Position numbers and translations under genes: made by a program. This document shows positions 18,970-27,332 of a stretch of DNA of 64,000 bases, in pieces. Each line of letters begins with the position of its first letter. The stretch's first letter is position 1. Source of the stretch: Bacteroidales bacterium (GTDB taxonomy: Bacteria; Bacteroidota; Bacteroidia; Bacteroidales; WCHB1-69); the NCBI GenBank assembly GCA_038210985.1, contig JBBQWB010000002.1:499-64498 (forward strand), read 5' to 3'. Below the pieces are notes generated by a model. That model was given only the letters and a program-made list of their open reading frames with translations, was not told the DNA's origin and made no database searches.

Positions 18970-20853
18970 TTATTTTCCAATTTGAATTTTTTTAGATACT
19001 CTGTTTTTGTTTTGATCAATGGTAACAATATACAAACCGTTTTTTATTTCCGTATTAAAACTTACCATATTTCCACCATCAGTGGGTTGATTAATGGTTA
19101 CAGTATTGATTAATTTACCAGATAAATCATAAAGTGAAGCCAAAACAGGTTCAAATCCATCCGTTTTGAAGTAAATATTTAAGGAAAAATTTCCGGCATT
19201 TACTCCAATAATTTCTAATTTACTATTTCCTAGCTTACACAATATACTTAGCACATCAAAATACTCATATTGACCATCTTTATCAACTTGTTTGATGCGA
19301 TAATAGGTAACTTTTTCGCCTAAGGTTTCATCCATAATTTGATATTCATTTAAATTATTTGAGTTTCCAGCTCCGATAATTGAATTTACAAATTTCCATT
19401 CCTTTAAATCTTCCGTTTTTTGGATTTCAAAATAATCGTTATTTATTTCGGTAGCAGTAGCCCACTCAATAATGGCTCCGGTACTGGTACATTTTACTTT
19501 TTGATTAATCATTTTAACAGGAAGGCTACTTTGATTTGAGTAAGGAATAATGCCATTTGCTGTAATACCTTGAGTAGCAGTTTTTCGAGGTTTAGAAGTG
19601 TTATTATCCAGACCTTCATGCCCAGGTAAGGTAGCTACCGAAACACCAGCGATATTTGTAATGTCAACAAATATATGTTTTATCATACCAGCACCTCCGC
19701 CGCCTCCGCCGCCATGCGAATCCTTATGCATTACATTTCCGCCATTTCCGCCATGCAAACTAAAAGTTAGATACCCGCTTGATGCAGTATTGACCTGTAT
19801 CAATTTTGCGTCTATAATAATAGAGCCGCCGGCACCACCACCGCCAGCTCCATCATTTCCACCATTGTTTAAAGCGTTATTTCCATCCGCAGAAATTAGT
19901 ATGTTAGGTTTCGTAACAATAATGGTATCTGCAATTAAAAAAATCAGACCGCCTCCATTTGCTCCACTTGAAGCAGATCCATTATTTTGTTGTCCACCAC
20001 CGCCGCCACCACCTAAATATGCAATGTAAATATCGGCTAGAATTTCATTACTTATCGAATGCCCACCTAAACCAGCAGAGGCAGCACTGCATTCAAAACC
20101 CCAACCTCCGTCACCACCAGCGGAAAAATTACCACCACCGCCTCCACCAGCATTGTGAACATTACCGCCACCACCTCCATTTGTTATTCTTCCTTTAGCG
20201 GTTTGATAATTTCTTGATGTTCTTTTGTAAATACTTTCGCCTTTATATGCAAATCCAACATCAGAACCTCGAAAAGTTTTATCGTTACATGCATCTCCAT
20301 TGTCTGAGCTTATTGCACCACCTTTAAAACCTGCTCCATCAGCTAAAATATTGTTATTTAAGTATAGTTTTCCAATAACTCTCAACGCTACAACGCCTCC
20401 AATATTTCCATCCCATGGAAGTGCTGTAATGTTTGCGGTTGTAGTATAATTGGTATATTCTGGATAGCTAATAATCTGAATGCTTGAATTTGAGGAAATT
20501 TCAGGGACATACGTTAAACTATTCTTTAGCTCAATTTTATTTGGAACTCCACCTGCATATGTAATAGTTTTAATTTCTGCAATTTCAATTCTTCCAGTAT
20601 TTCCAATAGTGCCTATTTGTCCAAAATTACTATTGTTTCCAACGCCTGAAATAACGTTTCCTTGCGCATGATAAATTATCACTTTGCCATTTACCAAAAA
20701 GCTTCCGTATGTTTGGTTCACGTTGCTTACATCTAATATCGTTTGAGTATTATTTATAGCAGTAACTTTTGCGTATGCGTTAATTTGAGCGTTTAAATTT
20801 ATTAATGAAAATGTGCCAATAATTATTAGAAGAAATAGTATGTTTTTTTTCAT
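18970..20853 (-). CDS. Secreted polyglycine-run protein with an Fn3-like domain and a T9SS type A C-terminal sorting domain
   Basis: Signal peptide MKKNILFLLIIIGTFSLINLNAQ. Multiple Gly runs (NGGGGGN, AGGGGGGN, LGGGGGGGQ, GAGGGGAGG, HGGGGGGGAG). Pre-CTD motif IEWATATEINNDYFEIQKTEDLKEW...YYRIKQVDKDGQYEY. C-terminal beta-sandwich ending LYIVTIDQNKNRVSKKIQIGK. Confidence 0.8.
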   Translation of the reverse strand: MKKNILFLLIIIGTFSLINLNAQINAYAKVTAINNTQTILDVSNVNQTYGSFLVNGKVIIYHAQGNVISGVGNNSNFGQIGTIGNTGRIEIAEIKTITYAGGVPNKIELKNSLTYVPEISSNSSIQIISYPEYTNYTTTANITALPWDGNIGGVVALRVIGKLYLNNNILADGAGFKGGAISSDNGDACNDKTFRGSDVGFAYKGESIYKRTSRNYQTAKGRITNGGGGGNVHNAGGGGGGNFSAGGDGGWGFECSAASAGLGGHSISNEILADIYIAYLGGGGGGGQQNNGSASSGANGGGLIFLIADTIIVTKPNILISADGNNALNNGGNDGAGGGGAGGSIIIDAKLIQVNTASSGYLTFSLHGGNGGNVMHKDSHGGGGGGGAGMIKHIFVDITNIAGVSVATLPGHEGLDNNTSKPRKTATQGITANGIIPYSNQSSLPVKMINQKVKCTSTGAIIEWATATEINNDYFEIQKTEDLKEWKFVNSIIGAGNSNNLNEYQIMDETLGEKVTYYRIKQVDKDGQYEYFDVLSILCKLGNSKLEIIGVNAGNFSLNIYFKTDGFEPVLASLYDLSGKLINTVTINQPTDGGNMVSFNTEIKNGLYIVTIDQNKNRVSKKIQIGK

Positions 20854-21007
20854 GTGTTTTATATTATGTTTAATAGTTAATGTCTTATAACAAACCTTAT
20901 TTGAATTTGTTCAAAATAAGAATAATTTTTATAAATGGACTCTGCTGAAAAAGCCATGAATATGCGATAGCCTGTTTTTGAAATAATGAGATTAGCTGTT
21001 ATTTCTC

Positions 21008-22000
21008 TTAAATCATCAAGTTTTTAATCCCACCCAGCAACTCGCCAATCGAACTAAATTCTTGAAGTAACACCTCGTTTGAAAAAAGCTGAAATAGGTT
21101 TTCGTTTAAGCAATTTACGGAAATTTTGGCGTAATTTTCATCGCAAAATTTGGGATAGCGTGCAAGGGCATTGTCTAACCATTGTTTTAATTCAGGGTTT
21201 CCTTCGGTTTTTATAGCACAAGAAAGGCTGTTGGCTTGAATAAATGTTCCTTCTTTTTTATTGAAAGTTAAACCTTCGGATATAAAAAGCTGATTTAAAA
21301 TATTGCTTAATATTAAATCTTCGGGAGTTCCATATTCTAGTTTTTTGGAATCATTAAACAATAAAATTTGGTCGGAATATTTTATGGCTAAATCAATGTC
21401 ATGTGTTGAAATTACGATTGTTTTTTTCTCTTGTAACACAAGTTTTCGCAATAGTTTCATTAAGTTAATTTTTGCGGCAACATCCAAATAAGTAGCTGGT
21501 TCGTCCATTAAAATAATTGGAGTTTCTTGTGCCAATGATTTGGCAATTAATACTTTTTGATATTCACCATCGCTCAAAGTAGTAATTTTTCGATATTTTA
21601 AGGACAAAATTCCGGTTAGCGATAAGGCATTTGTAATTACCCGAATGTCGGTGCTTGAAAGTTTTCCATAAAAACCAGTATAAGGAGTACGACCCGATGA
21701 CACCATTTCGAAAACGCTCATGTATTCAATGTGAGGACGTTCGGTGAAAATAACACTAATAATTTTCGATAATTCGTGTGGCTTAAATTTTGAAATTTCT
21801 TTGTCTTGAATGAAAACTTTTCCATTTAAAGGTTTTATAAAACCACTTAATACTTGCAGTAAAGTTGTTTTTCCTTTTCCATTTGAACCCAAAACAGCAT
21901 ATAAATTTCCTTCGGTAAGTGAAAATGACACATTAGAGAGAAGAATGGTTTTTTCATTATTTGCTCTATATCCTAATTCCAAATTTTTTACTTCGATCAT
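21008..22000 (-). CDS. ABC transporter ATP-binding protein (FecE/BtuD-like) with a ~75-aa C-terminal extension
   Basis: Walker A GSNGKGKTT, signature LSDGEYQK, Walker B ILMDEP, H-loop STHD. It is the last gene of the riboswitch-controlled operon. Confidence 0.88.
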   Translation of the reverse strand: MIEVKNLELGYRANNEKTILLSNVSFSLTEGNLYAVLGSNGKGKTTLLQVLSGFIKPLNGKVFIQDKEISKFKPHELSKIISVIFTERPHIEYMSVFEMVSSGRTPYTGFYGKLSSTDIRVITNALSLTGILSLKYRKITTLSDGEYQKVLIAKSLAQETPIILMDEPATYLDVAAKINLMKLLRKLVLQEKKTIVISTHDIDLAIKYSDQILLFNDSKKLEYGTPEDLILSNILNQLFISEGLTFNKKEGTFIQANSLSCAIKTEGNPELKQWLDNALARYPKFCDENYAKISVNCLNENLFQLFSNEVLLQEFSSIGELLGGIKNLMI

Positions 22001-22002
22001 TT

Positions 22003-22281
22003 TTGATTACTCCGTTTTTAAGATGCTACTTCTTTTAAATTACTCTGTGTTTCACAGTAGAAATTGTGTAACTTGGCGTGATGATTTTTTTTGAATTATA
22101 CAGTGTTTCGTAGTTCGCTATCGCGAAGCCACGATGTGTCACACTAGAAACTGTGTAACTCTGTGTGTACTCTGTGCAACCCTGTGTAACTCTTTCTTTT
22201 GTGATTAAGTATAGAAAGTTCTCAGAACTTAAGTTTTTATTAATTTTCGAGCTTTTTTTGCACATTGATTACTCCGTTTTT
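22003..22281. repeat. Intergenic repeat element (~245 nt) bracketed by an exact 17-bp direct repeat, inserted between the permease and ATPase genes
   Basis: ttgattactccgttttt occurs at 22003-22019 and 22265-22281. Internal ~27-nt direct repeats (ctgtgtttcacagtagaaattgtgtaac at 22045-22072 and atgtgtcacactagaaactgtgtaac at 22134-22159). Further ctgtgtaac iterations. Confidence 0.75.
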
Positions 22282-23303
22282 GTTCGTTTTAAAATTATCC
22301 AAATTACTACCGGAGCTCCTAAAAGGGATGTTATAGTGTTGATTGGCAATGCACTTGAAAATACTGGCATCTTTCCAATCAAACTACAAAGCAATGCAAA
22401 CAAAGCCCCTAAAAGAATGGACGAAGGAATAAGTACTGCCTGATTTGAAGTGCGGAAAATTAAACGAGAAATATGAGGAATTGCCAAACCTAAAAATGCA
22501 ATTGGACCGCAATACGCTGTAACAATAGCAGTTAAAAAGCCAACAATAATTAGTATTTTTAAGCGAATTAACTTCACATTTATTCCCAAATTTAAAGCCT
22601 GTTTTTCGCCTAATAATAAAACATTAAGAGGTTTTGTTAAGGTTAATGAAAAGATTAATCCCATCAAAACAGAAGGAACAAAAAACCAAAGTTGTTCCAT
22701 GCTAACCATCGAAAAAGAACCTAATCCCCAAATTGCAAATGCATGAACATTTTCGCTCATACTTAATACGTTTAAAATTCCAATAAACGAGCTGGCAATT
22801 GCACTAATCATGATGCCGATAATTAAAAGCATCACATGATTTCGGATGTATGTTGAAAAAAAGAGCAGTAAAATTAAAACTGCCGTTGCTCCAATTAGCG
22901 AAGCTCCGATAACCGAAAAGTTTTGCAGCAACATTCCCGAAGAGCTTGCCGACAAACTAGCAAAACCAGGCATTAAAAACAATACTGCTACTCCTAAGCT
23001 GGAGCCCGCACTAATGCCCAAAACCGATGGGTCGGCAAGTGGATTCCGAAAATAAGTTTGCATTATTAATCCACCAATCGAAAGAGCTGCACCAGCCAAC
23101 AATGCGGTAATAGATTGAGGTAAACGGGATTTTAAAACAATAATTTCGTGAATGCTGTTTTCGGAGCTTTTCCCAACCAAAATATTGAAAATTTCATTCA
23201 TTGGAATATGAATGGATCCAATTGAAATGTTTAATATGAAAAAAAACAAGACCAAAATCCCCAACAGGATAAAGATAATATTGTAAAATATCTTCTTTTT
23301 CAT
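22269..23303 (-). CDS. ABC transporter permease, FecCD/BtuC family
   Basis: About 10 predicted TM segments. Family-typical motifs LAGAALSIGGLIMQTYFRNPLADPSVLGISAG and LLGAPVVIWIIL. The ATGA start/stop overlaps the upstream binding-protein gene. Confidence 0.88.
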   Translation of the reverse strand: MKKKIFYNIIFILLGILVLFFFILNISIGSIHIPMNEIFNILVGKSSENSIHEIIVLKSRLPQSITALLAGAALSIGGLIMQTYFRNPLADPSVLGISAGSSLGVAVLFLMPGFASLSASSSGMLLQNFSVIGASLIGATAVLILLLFFSTYIRNHVMLLIIGIMISAIASSFIGILNVLSMSENVHAFAIWGLGSFSMVSMEQLWFFVPSVLMGLIFSLTLTKPLNVLLLGEKQALNLGINVKLIRLKILIIVGFLTAIVTAYCGPIAFLGLAIPHISRLIFRTSNQAVLIPSSILLGALFALLCSLIGKMPVFSSALPINTITSLLGAPVVIWIILKRTKTE

Positions 23304-24484
23304 TTATCATTCAAATTTTGGAGAAACATAAAATATTTAGGAACATACTGCGGAAGCAAGGATGGGTGAAACGCAAAAATCAAATCTTTTAAAACAATAT
23401 CCGGTTCCATCACGCCATCTTCGTAATAAGGAGTTTTTTCGGTATTACAAACGATTATTTTTTTGTTTTTAAAAGCGTCAAAGTACAAGTATTTATTGTT
23501 TTCATTAAGTAGGTTTTGATACGAATAATCACCCGCAAAAAACTCCTGAAACACCCAAAAATCAGCATTATGAGCTTTGCTAAGAATAGTTTCAAAGTCG
23601 TATGGCTCGGAGCCTTTAAACGACAAATCCTGCCAAATATAATCTGCTCCTGCATCGTGAAACAGTTGACTGATGTAACTTTTTCCACCACTAATATACC
23701 AAACATCCTGATACATTTTTCCACTCAAAATTTTGGGTTTTTCTTTCAGGTTTTCGGTAAGCTTAACCGCTTGGTAATATTCGGTTTTAATGGAATTAAA
23801 AATAGAATCGGCAAGACTCTCTTTTTCAAAAAACAGAGCCATAAATTTAATCCATTCGGCACGAGCCAGCGGATGTTCCTCCATATGTGTAGCACTAATG
23901 GCAAGCGTCATTCCCGATTCCTGAATTTTTTGATATTTGTTTTCTTTAAATGGAGAAACAAAACAAACTTCGGAATTTGAAGCCAAAAGTTTTTCTAAAT
24001 CATAAATTTCTGCTAGACCAATTTCGATGGTTTTACCTTTCAAAACTCTTTTATGAATGGTGGCATTTGTAAGATAATCAACACTCGAAATGGCGGAAAC
24101 TTTATCAACTAAACCCAATTTTTGAGCAAAAGCTACTTCGGGCGAAAACAAGCAAGCCATGGTTTTGCAGGGTGTTCCAACCGACAAAAATCCATCTTGT
24201 TGAATTGGATTTGAAAGTTTTGGATAAAGAATATATTTTGCCAATATTTTAGTAGAATCCCAAGGGTCGAGCACAAAAACTTTTTTAAAACTTTCGTAAT
24301 TTTCGACATAAAATCCCTTAGAAAATTCGGGCTTATAAATTGAAATTAAGGGAGAGTTTAATGCATCGGCTTTATTTTGCGGAGTATTGCATGCAGTTAA
24401 AAAAATCATCCCTACAAAAACAAAATTCAAAAATGGGAGTTTTTTGGTACAAAGAAAATTTAAAAAGACAGTATTTTTTTTCAT
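23300..24484 (-). CDS. ABC transporter substrate-binding lipoprotein (BtuF-like, Peripla_BP_2 type)
   Basis: The start is moved to MKKNTVF...MIFLTAC (lipobox) at 24484, because the longer ORF (to 24583) would run through the cobalamin riboswitch. It is the first gene after the B12 riboswitch. Confidence 0.8.
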   Translation of the reverse strand: MKKNTVFLNFLCTKKLPFLNFVFVGMIFLTACNTPQNKADALNSPLISIYKPEFSKGFYVENYESFKKVFVLDPWDSTKILAKYILYPKLSNPIQQDGFLSVGTPCKTMACLFSPEVAFAQKLGLVDKVSAISSVDYLTNATIHKRVLKGKTIEIGLAEIYDLEKLLASNSEVCFVSPFKENKYQKIQESGMTLAISATHMEEHPLARAEWIKFMALFFEKESLADSIFNSIKTEYYQAVKLTENLKEKPKILSGKMYQDVWYISGGKSYISQLFHDAGADYIWQDLSFKGSEPYDFETILSKAHNADFWVFQEFFAGDYSYQNLLNENNKYLYFDAFKNKKIIVCNTEKTPYYEDGVMEPDIVLKDLIFAFHPSLLPQYVPKYFMFLQNLNDK

Positions 24485-24527
24485 AATGTTATGACTTTTG
24501 TTCCCGAAAGTCGGTAAATGTTTCAAA

Positions 24528-24695
24528 AACAGTGGCAGGTCTTCTGACTTACTCCCAAAATATTGCACCTTCCCATCCATCAATTAGCGAACAGTGGTTA
24601 TCGCAACACCTTTACAGGAGTTTACAGCTGCGGGAACAGTCCCGGATTTACACCGGATTCCCTATTATGCAAAAATGCACCCTTGCTTTCTTAAT
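24528..24695 (-). promoter_or_regulatory. Cobalamin (B12) riboswitch
   Basis: The minus strand reads ...aatagggaatccggtgtaaatccgggactgttcccgcagctgtaa...gggaaggtg...gtaagtcagaagacctgccact. This matches the conserved GGGAA/CCGGTG core and the B12 box (AGUCAGAAGACCUGCC). It lies about 45 nt upstream of the binding-protein ATG. Confidence 0.9.
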
Positions 24696-24696
24696 G

Positions 24697-24704
24697 CAAA
24701 TGTA
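24697..24704 (-). promoter_or_regulatory. Candidate Bacteroidota -7 promoter box (TACATTTG) for the riboswitch operon
   Basis: It matches TAnnTTTG on the minus strand just upstream of the riboswitch 5' end. No convincing -33 TTTG was found. Confidence 0.3.
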
Positions 24705-24710
24705 TGAAAA

Positions 24711-24876
<166 letters not shown>

Positions 24877-25009
24877 GGAGGTTGAGCCTGCGGTGCAGTG
24901 AGCGGAGTCGAACTGTCGAAACCAAGGTCGAAGTTAAAAGGAAAAAGTTTAAAACATGTTATTTGATTTTTTTCTTACTTTTATATCCAATTTTTAATTA
25001 CAAAAAATT

Positions 25010-26878
25010 ATGAAAAAATTATCTCTTTTAATAGCGGTTTTGATGTGCAGTATTAGCTTATTTAGTCAGTTAGTTCCCGTTGTTGACTCCATACCGATGC
25101 GTGATGGGAAAAAACTGGCTGCTGATATTTATATTCCTTCCGCTCTTTCGCAAGGTGGACCTATAATTTTAATTCAAACTCCATATAATCGTCAATATTA
25201 TCGATACAGCTTGCCATTGGGTGTTGGTTTAAACATGGAGAATAGTAATTATGTTTTTGTAATTGTCGATTGGCGTGGTTTTTACGGTTCAGCTTCGGCA
25301 ATGGTGGCAAATCCTAATCGAGGACAAGATGGATATGATGTAGTGGAATGGATTGCTTCTAAAAGCTGGTCGAATGGCAAAATTGGAACATGGGGACCAT
25401 CGGCATTAGGAAAAATCCAGTTTCAAACGGCGAAAGAAAATCCGCCTCATCTTACATGTATAGCTCCTTTGGTAGCTGCCCCACAATTTGATTATTCCGA
25501 ATATTTTCCAGGAGGTGTTTACCGAACCGAATATGTTCAGCAACTCGATCAACTTGGTTATGGAATGTCATCCTTTTTATTGTCAAATCCTTTTTTTAGC
25601 AATACTTGGACGTATGTTCAAAACCAAAACTACTATCCAAGTTCCATAAAAGTTCCAACATTTATGATTGGCGGCTGGTATGATTTTAATGTTGAATTTA
25701 TGCTTCCTTTTTTTGCCGGAATTCAAACCTCTTCGGATATTACAGTTCGAAGTAAGCACAAACTAATGATGGGACCTTGGGCACACGGAGGTTTTGGTCA
25801 AGCAACGGTTGGATCTTGTCAACAGGGCGATTTAATTTACAACGAAGCTTGTCATTGGAGTGATTCATTAGCGATTCGTTTTTTTGAATTTCATTTAAGA
25901 AATATGGATAATAATTGGGAGTCGGAACCGGTGGTTAGTTATTTTCAAATGGGCGAAAATACTTGGCAACAAAGTTTGAAATGGCCCATTTCGGAAATTC
26001 AAAATTTTAAATTGTATTTATCCGAAGATATGATTCTTCGTCCCGAAACTCCAGCTTCAAATTCGGCATTTTCAACAATTATTTACGACCCTCGAAATCC
26101 ATCTCCAACCATTGGCGGTCCAACATTGAGAAACGATTTATTGCAAGGTCCATACGATCAATCACCATTGGTAGAATCGCGAAACGATGTACTTGTATTT
26201 TCAACTCCTATTTTGTCGCAAAATGTAAGGCTGATAGGTAGTTCAAAAGTTCATCTTTTTGTTTCCTCCAATCGATTTGATACCGATTTTACCGCTCGCA
26301 TTACGGATGTTTATCCCGATGGACGTTCGATGATTTTAGTCGATGGAATAAAACGAATGCGTTTTCGCAATGGATATCGTACCCTCGACACGGCATCAAT
26401 GGTTCCTGGAAATGTGTATGAAATTGACATCGATTTACCAAATACTGCCATAACGTTTTTAGCTGGTCATCGAATTAGGCTAGATATTTCCTCTTCAAAT
26501 TATCCAAGATTTGACAGAAACATAAATAATGGAGGAACCATGTATGTTGCAGGCGATACTTTAGTAGCTGAAAATAAGGTGTTTCACAATGCAAGCCACG
26601 GCTCGAATGTTGAAATGAAACTAGAAAGTTATCCCACCCAAATTTCGGAAAATAAAATTCAAAACCAAATGAAAATTTATCCAAATCCAACCCACGAAAG
26701 CCTTAAAATATCGTGTAATATTGCTTCTGGTAAAATTGAAATATTCTCCGTTTTTGGTCAACTTGTTTATTCTGAAATTTTGACTAATTCTGTTTCTAAA
26801 GTTGATATTTCAAATCTAAAAAGTGGGTATTATATTATAAAATCCAAATTTGGAACAGAAAGATTTGTGAAATTTTGA
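25010..26878 (+). CDS. CocE/NonD-family (S15 X-Pro dipeptidyl-peptidase-like) hydrolase with a T9SS type A C-terminal sorting domain
   Basis: PMRDGKKLAADIYIP, ILIQTPYNR, WSNGKIGTWGPSALG (nucleophile elbow), and the C-terminal domain motif GHRIRLDISSSNYPRFDRNINNG. CTD is KIYPNPTHESLKIS...LKSGYYIIKSKFGTERFVKF. Confidence 0.82.
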   Translation: MKKLSLLIAVLMCSISLFSQLVPVVDSIPMRDGKKLAADIYIPSALSQGGPIILIQTPYNRQYYRYSLPLGVGLNMENSNYVFVIVDWRGFYGSASAMVANPNRGQDGYDVVEWIASKSWSNGKIGTWGPSALGKIQFQTAKENPPHLTCIAPLVAAPQFDYSEYFPGGVYRTEYVQQLDQLGYGMSSFLLSNPFFSNTWTYVQNQNYYPSSIKVPTFMIGGWYDFNVEFMLPFFAGIQTSSDITVRSKHKLMMGPWAHGGFGQATVGSCQQGDLIYNEACHWSDSLAIRFFEFHLRNMDNNWESEPVVSYFQMGENTWQQSLKWPISEIQNFKLYLSEDMILRPETPASNSAFSTIIYDPRNPSPTIGGPTLRNDLLQGPYDQSPLVESRNDVLVFSTPILSQNVRLIGSSKVHLFVSSNRFDTDFTARITDVYPDGRSMILVDGIKRMRFRNGYRTLDTASMVPGNVYEIDIDLPNTAITFLAGHRIRLDISSSNYPRFDRNINNGGTMYVAGDTLVAENKVFHNASHGSNVEMKLESYPTQISENKIQNQMKIYPNPTHESLKISCNIASGKIEIFSVFGQLVYSEILTNSVSKVDISNLKSGYYIIKSKFGTERFVKF

Positions 26879-26896
26879 TATTGTGAGCGTTGGTTG

Positions 26897-27008
26897 ATGT
26901 GCTAACGATATACTGCGTTTCTCTTACTATTGGCGGATGTATGACGAAGATTTATCGTTTACCCCAGCGACTTGTCATTTCGAATAGAACGTAGTGTAGT
27001 GAGAAAAC
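26897..27008 (+). repeat. Structured intergenic repeat, copy 1 (112 nt)
   Basis: The first ~73 nt are identical to copy 2. It contains the internally complementary arms tatactgcgtt/aacgtagtgta and atgacgaag/cttgtcat. Confidence 0.8.
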
Positions 27009-27023
27009 TATTAACGTTTTAGA

Positions 27024-27075
27024 TGCTTACGCTACACTACGTTTCTCCAACCACTGGCGGATGCATGACAAGTTT
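27024..27075 (+). repeat. Half-copy of the structured repeat (5' arm only)
   Basis: gctacactacgtttctccaaccactggcggatgcatgacaag parallels the 5' arm of the full copies. Its ctacactacgtt (27032-27043) is the perfect complement of aacgtagtgtag (26988-26999). Confidence 0.7.
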
Positions 27076-27187
27076 ATGTGCTAACGATATACTGCGTTTC
27101 TCTTACTATTGGCGGATGTATGACGAAGATTTATCGTTTACCCCAGCGATTTGTCATTTCGACTGGAACGTAGTGGAATGAGAAATC
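27076..27187 (+). repeat. Structured intergenic repeat, copy 2 (112 nt)
   Basis: Offset by 179 nt from copy 1. It diverges only in the 3' arm (gactggaacgtagtggaatgagaaatc). Confidence 0.8.
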
Positions 27188-27332
27188 TGTTTTTTAATTA
27201 TCATATCTGCTAATCAGCTAATCATCACATCATCTAATCAACTTTCCTCTTTTTCCTCAATTATCTTTGGTAGTTTACTGTTTTTTGTTGTAGTTTTGCA
27301 TTCAATTAGTAAACAAACGAATACAATAAAAT

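Noticed and set aside
19598-20029. 143-aa Pro-rich ORF on the plus strand (PPPPPPP runs), plus the neighbouring 19959-20198 ORF
   Set aside because: It is the antisense reading of the GGN-rich poly-Gly coding region of the 18970-20853 gene. The Pro runs mirror the Gly runs exactly, and there are no independent start or signal features.
22035-22265. 76-aa ORF (…VTQGCTEYTQSYTVSSVTHRGF…) between the permease and ATPase genes
   Set aside because: It is a translation of the cacag/ctgtgtaac repeat element, a sequence type frequently mis-called as small proteins. It lies fully inside the inserted repeat.
23300-24583. Longest-ORF version of the substrate-binding protein (start MMDGKVQYFG...)
   Set aside because: The first 33 codons overlap the cobalamin riboswitch, including the B12 box. 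The internal Met at 24484 gives a proper lipoprotein signal peptide.
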